Shown piece after piece: positions 52,611-64,000 of a DNA stretch of 64,000 nucleotides; position 1 is the first letter of the stretch, and each line of letters starts with the position of its first letter. Origin of the DNA: Haliotis rubra. Its lineage: Eukaryota. The DNA is taken from positions 682,001 to 746,000 of the forward strand of contig NW_025766092.1 of assembly GCF_003918875.1 (NCBI RefSeq), given 5' to 3'. The position numbers and the translations under genes were made by a program. The notes under the pieces are model-generated. The model was not told where the DNA came from and did not search any database. It saw only the letters and a program-made list of their open reading frames with translations.

Positions 52611-52787
52611 GGGGTCGGTGGGGTAGCCTAATGGTTAAAGCGTTGGCTCGTCACGCCGAAGACCCGGGTTCGAATCCCCACATGGGCACAATGTGTGAAG
52701 CCCATTTCTGGTGTCCCCTGCCGTGATATTGCTGGAATATTGCTAAAAGCGGCGTAAAACCAAACTCAGTCAGTCAGTCAGTCAGTC
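52611..52787 (+). mobile_element. SINE family A, full copy with an empty site in the duplicated block
   Basis: TSD tctgtatgtgt on both sides. The paralogous site at ~55160 reads attccgtatgtgtaaatag without the insert. Confidence 0.92.
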
Positions 52788-53266
52788 TGTATGTGTAAAT
52801 AGTAAGGGATATTTCAGTATCTATGTCAAAAGTCGGATACGTGTCAAATATAGATTATGGACATGAAACGAACAATGAAAAAGTTGTAGTTCATGAAAAC
52901 GCAATGTCTCCTGTGTCCACCTTTAGCGTCAAGTAATGATTGGTGGCGTAGATAGAGGACCTGCCCGAAGATCGGTGGTTCGAACCCTGGTCGCTTGATA
53001 GCAGATACGTCTATGTAAGTGCAATCATATTGAACGTTGAACCCCATTGTTCCTAAACCCACCTTAGATCGAAAACATATCGAACACTTGGCTATCTCGG
53101 GATTTCTATTAAGAAACAGCGTTTCTCTGTCTATGTAGCTAATGTCATAACTTGGCTAAGTCGCCTCCTCTTAAATAGTGTAATAACGAATTTATTGAAC
53201 AGTTGATGGAACTCCTGCTGTAGATACTAACCCTTTTGTGAATAATGTTCTCGATCACATTGCATC

Positions 53267-53925
53267 GTATCACAGTAGTTGCGTGTACAGTAAAGTACGG
53301 TCGTTACGTGTACAGTAAAGTACGGTCGTTACGTGTACAGTAAAGTACGGTCGTATCACAGTAGTTACGTGTACAGTAAGGTACGGTCGTATCACAGTAG
53401 TTACGTGTACAGTAAAGTACGGTCGTATCACAGTAGTTACGTGTACAGTAAAGTACGGTCGTATCACAGTAGTTACGTGTACAGTAAAGTACGGTCGTAT
53501 CACGTTACGTACAGTAAAGTACGGTCGTATCACAGTAGTTACGTGTACAGTAAAGTACGGTCGTATCACAGTAGTTACGTGTACAGTAAAGTACGGTCGT
53601 ATCACAGTAGTTACGTGTACAGTAAAGTACGGTCGTATCACAGTAGTTACGTGTACAGTAAAGTACGGTCGTATCACAGTAGTTACGTGTACAGTAAAGT
53701 ACGGTCGTATCACAGTAGTTACGTGTACAGTAAAGTACGGTCGTATCACAGTAGTTACGTGTACAGTAAAGTACGGTCGTATCACAGTAGTTACGTGTAC
53801 AGTAAAGTACGGTCGTATCACAGTAGTTACGTGTACAGTAAAGTACGGTCGTATCACAGTAGTTACGTGTACAGTAAAGTACGGTCGTATCACAGTAGTT
53901 ACTTCTACATTAACGTACGGTTGTG
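53267..53925. repeat. 36-bp minisatellite, highly homogeneous
   Basis: Unit gtatcacagtagttacgtgtacagtaaagtacggtc, ~18 copies; it explains the 12-aa periodic ORFs. Confidence 0.95.
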
Positions 53926-54065
53926 ACGAACTCCAGGGGAGCACTTTAGCTCGTTAAAACCGTAGTTCGATCAACGCACTGAAATATACAACATATAGCC
54001 CGGTCCAAAAATAATTCGTTATAAACAAGTAGTTTACTCTCTATGTTATTTGAATCAAAGATATA

Positions 54066-54183
54066 ATGGGATGTTCTGAGTCCAAAGAATTCGACGAACG
54101 AGAGAAGAAACATGTGGAGGAAACGGATCAGTCCAAGAAGCAGATTGAGGCCATACTGGCCAGGAACCGGAGGAAGAATGGGG
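54066..54183 (+). CDS. Duplicate copy of the kinase first coding exon (MGCSESKEFDEREKKHVEETDQSKKQIEAILARNRRKNG)
   Basis: Near-identical to 56406-56523 with 2 aa differences. It has an intact acceptor (caaag|) and a phase-1 donor (G|gtgagg). Confidence 0.75.
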
Positions 54184-55549
54184 GTGAGGAAGAGCGTCGT
54201 CATTACATGTTGTCTTGCAGCTAATTGGGAAGAATGTGGAGAATGAGTTATAACGAGAGTGTACATATTTACAAGTGTAAAGAGCCATTTCAGTCAACAC
54301 TACAAATATAGACTAATACTAGGAGAAATTGTGCAAACATGTTTGTTCATATAGATTTTTAGTTTATTAATCTGGGGTGTGATGGTTATAGTAACACTAC
54401 ATGTACACGAAGAGGCGAGGCTAACTGCATTTCAGAGGCCTGCACATCATTTGAACATATACATGTCTCTTTTCAAACAAACTTATTGGGAGGGTGGGTG
54501 GTGGGGGGGCATAGGTTATAGAAAAACAATTAGATGGAAGTCATGTATTTTACGGAAGTGTTTTATAAAGTTCGTAAATATTCAAAAAATATTACGCCAT
54601 ACTTTCGTACTTAGTCATGTCAAGTTTCGAAAACTTTCAAACAATTAAATGAAACTAGTCAACAGTAGATTGAATAGTGCTAGTTTTACCTTCCTCGACC
54701 TGTCGTCGTATGTTGGTGTTGCTGTTCCAGTGTCGAGTGCACTGGATGTTGAGCTGAGCCTAGTCATGCTTTCCACAATCGGGATACATACAATTTATAT
54801 TGCGACTGATACTAAATTCATGTGTAGATTTATTATTATTTTTTCAACAATAGCCAACAAAGACTATTTCTACACGTCCCTGTATAAATATGATATCAAT
54901 ACAATAATATACATTTAAATGATTCACACAGACATACAGTAAACGTACAGTATACAGTAACGACTCAAAGTTCGTTATAACCATTGTCCGTTGTACGCAT
55001 ATTGAAAAATATACTGTTAGTGTCTAGAGTCGAACACACCGTTCGTTATATCCGTCGGTTCGTTATAAGCATGTTCGTTATAAACGAAGTTTAGTGTAAT
55101 GTGACTAGTAGATCACAGCATATACATAGGTTGAAAGTGGTAATTTAATAAAACATTCCGTATGTGTAAATAGTAAGGGATATATCAGCATCTATGTCAA
55201 AAGTCGGACACGTGTCAAATATAGATAATGGACATGAAGCGAACAATTAAAAAGTTGTGGTTCATGAAAACGCAATGTCTCCTGTGCCCACCTTTAGCGT
55301 CAAGTAATGATTGGTGGTGTAGATAGAGCACCTGCCCGAAGATCGACGGTTCGAACCCTGGTCGCTTGCATAGCAGATACGTCTATGTAACTGCAATCAT
55401 ATTGAACGTTGAACCCCATTGTTCCTAAACCCACCTTAGATCGAAAAAATATCGAACACTTGGCTGTCTCGGGATTTCTATTAAGGAACAGCGTTTCTCA
55501 GTCTATGTAGCTAATGTCATAACTTGGCTGATGTTAGAATATTAGAACA

Positions 55550-56265
55550 ACAGTAAAGTACGTTCGTTACGTGTACAGTAAAGTACGGTCGTATCACAGT
55601 AGTTACGTGTACAGTGAAGTACGGTCGTTACGTGTACAGTAGAGTACGGTCGTATCACATTAGTTACGTGTACAGTGAAGTACGGTCGTTACGTGTACAG
55701 TAGAGTACGGTCGTATCACATTAGTTACGTGTACAGTGAAGTAGTGTCACAGTAGATACGTGTATAGTAAAGTACGGTCGTACCACAGTAGTTACGTGTA
55801 TAGTAAAGTACGGTCGTATCACAGTAGTTACGTGTACAGTAAAGTACGGTCGTTACGTGTACAGTAAAGTACGGTCGTACCACAGTAGTTACGTGTATAG
55901 TAAAGTACGGTCGTATCACAGTAGTTACGTGTACAGTAAAGTACGGTCGTTACGTGTACAGTAAAGTATGGTCGTGTCACAGAAGTTACGTGTACAGTAA
56001 AGTACGGTCGTATCACAGCAGTTACGTGTATAGTAAATTACGGTCGTATCACAGAAGGTACGTGTACAGTAAAGTACGGTCGTATCACAGCAGTTACGTG
56101 TATAGTAAATTACGGTCGTATCACAGAAGGTACGTGTACAGAAAAGTACGGTCGTATCACAGTAGTTACGTGTACAGTAAAGTACGGTCGTATCACAGTA
56201 GCTACGTGTACAGTAAAGTACGGTTGTATCACAGTAGTTACTTCTACAGTAACGTACGGTTGTGA
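55550..56265. repeat. 36-bp minisatellite, second and more diverged array
   Basis: Same unit with substitutions and shorter variants. Confidence 0.93.
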
Positions 56266-56405
56266 CGAACTCCAGGGGAGCACTTAAGCTCGTTAAAACC
56301 GTAGTTCGATCAACGCACTGAAATATACAACATATTGCCCTGTCCAAAAAATAATTCGTCATAAATAAGTAGTTTACTCTCTATGTTATTTGAATCAAAG
56401 ATATA

Positions 56406-63887
<7,482 letters not shown>

Positions 63888-64000
63888 TGATAAATATAGG
63901 ATGTCTCCCATTGTCTATTGACATCAAATACTTCCCAAGAGATCAACCAGAGCCAATGTGGATCCAATGCGTGTTTTCGTTACCCCATAACAGACATTGA

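Noticed and set aside
53270-53944. 224-aa and 197-aa periodic ORFs; superficially CRISPR-like array
   Set aside because: Contiguous 36-bp units with no unique spacers, no cas genes and a eukaryotic context: a minisatellite.

Overview
AT-rich animal genomic DNA, probably a mollusc. The (gagt)n- and (gttg)n-tailed tRNA-SINE families suggest a gastropod such as abalone; that is inference. The window holds a complete 17-exon PPWD1 gene on the minus strand (31649->11681, 618 aa, all exon phases consistent). On the plus strand is a 3'-incomplete Src-family tyrosine kinase (MGC N-terminus, SH3, SH2, kinase domain) whose first coding exon is tandemly duplicated. Between these lie two paralogous two-exon genes that the ORF track does not show as such. 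Each encodes a short N-terminus, one transmembrane helix, a CxxC motif followed by basic residues, and a long acidic tail with many tyrosine motifs ending in YVNF. This is the architecture of vertebrate LAT/NTAL-type palmitoylated adaptors, and the adaptor pair plus the adjacent kinase is the best candidate for an undescribed system. Both adaptors, and an orphan secreted PAN-like gene at 7.4-8.7 kb, carry frameshifts at simple repeats. Other content: an Academ DNA transposon with ~500-bp TIRs, a decayed DIRS element containing a satellite and a Kolobok-type element, two tandem repeats built from PPWD1 splice acceptors, many SINEs and MITEs, and a 147-N gap. All analysis was by eye; no database searches were run.
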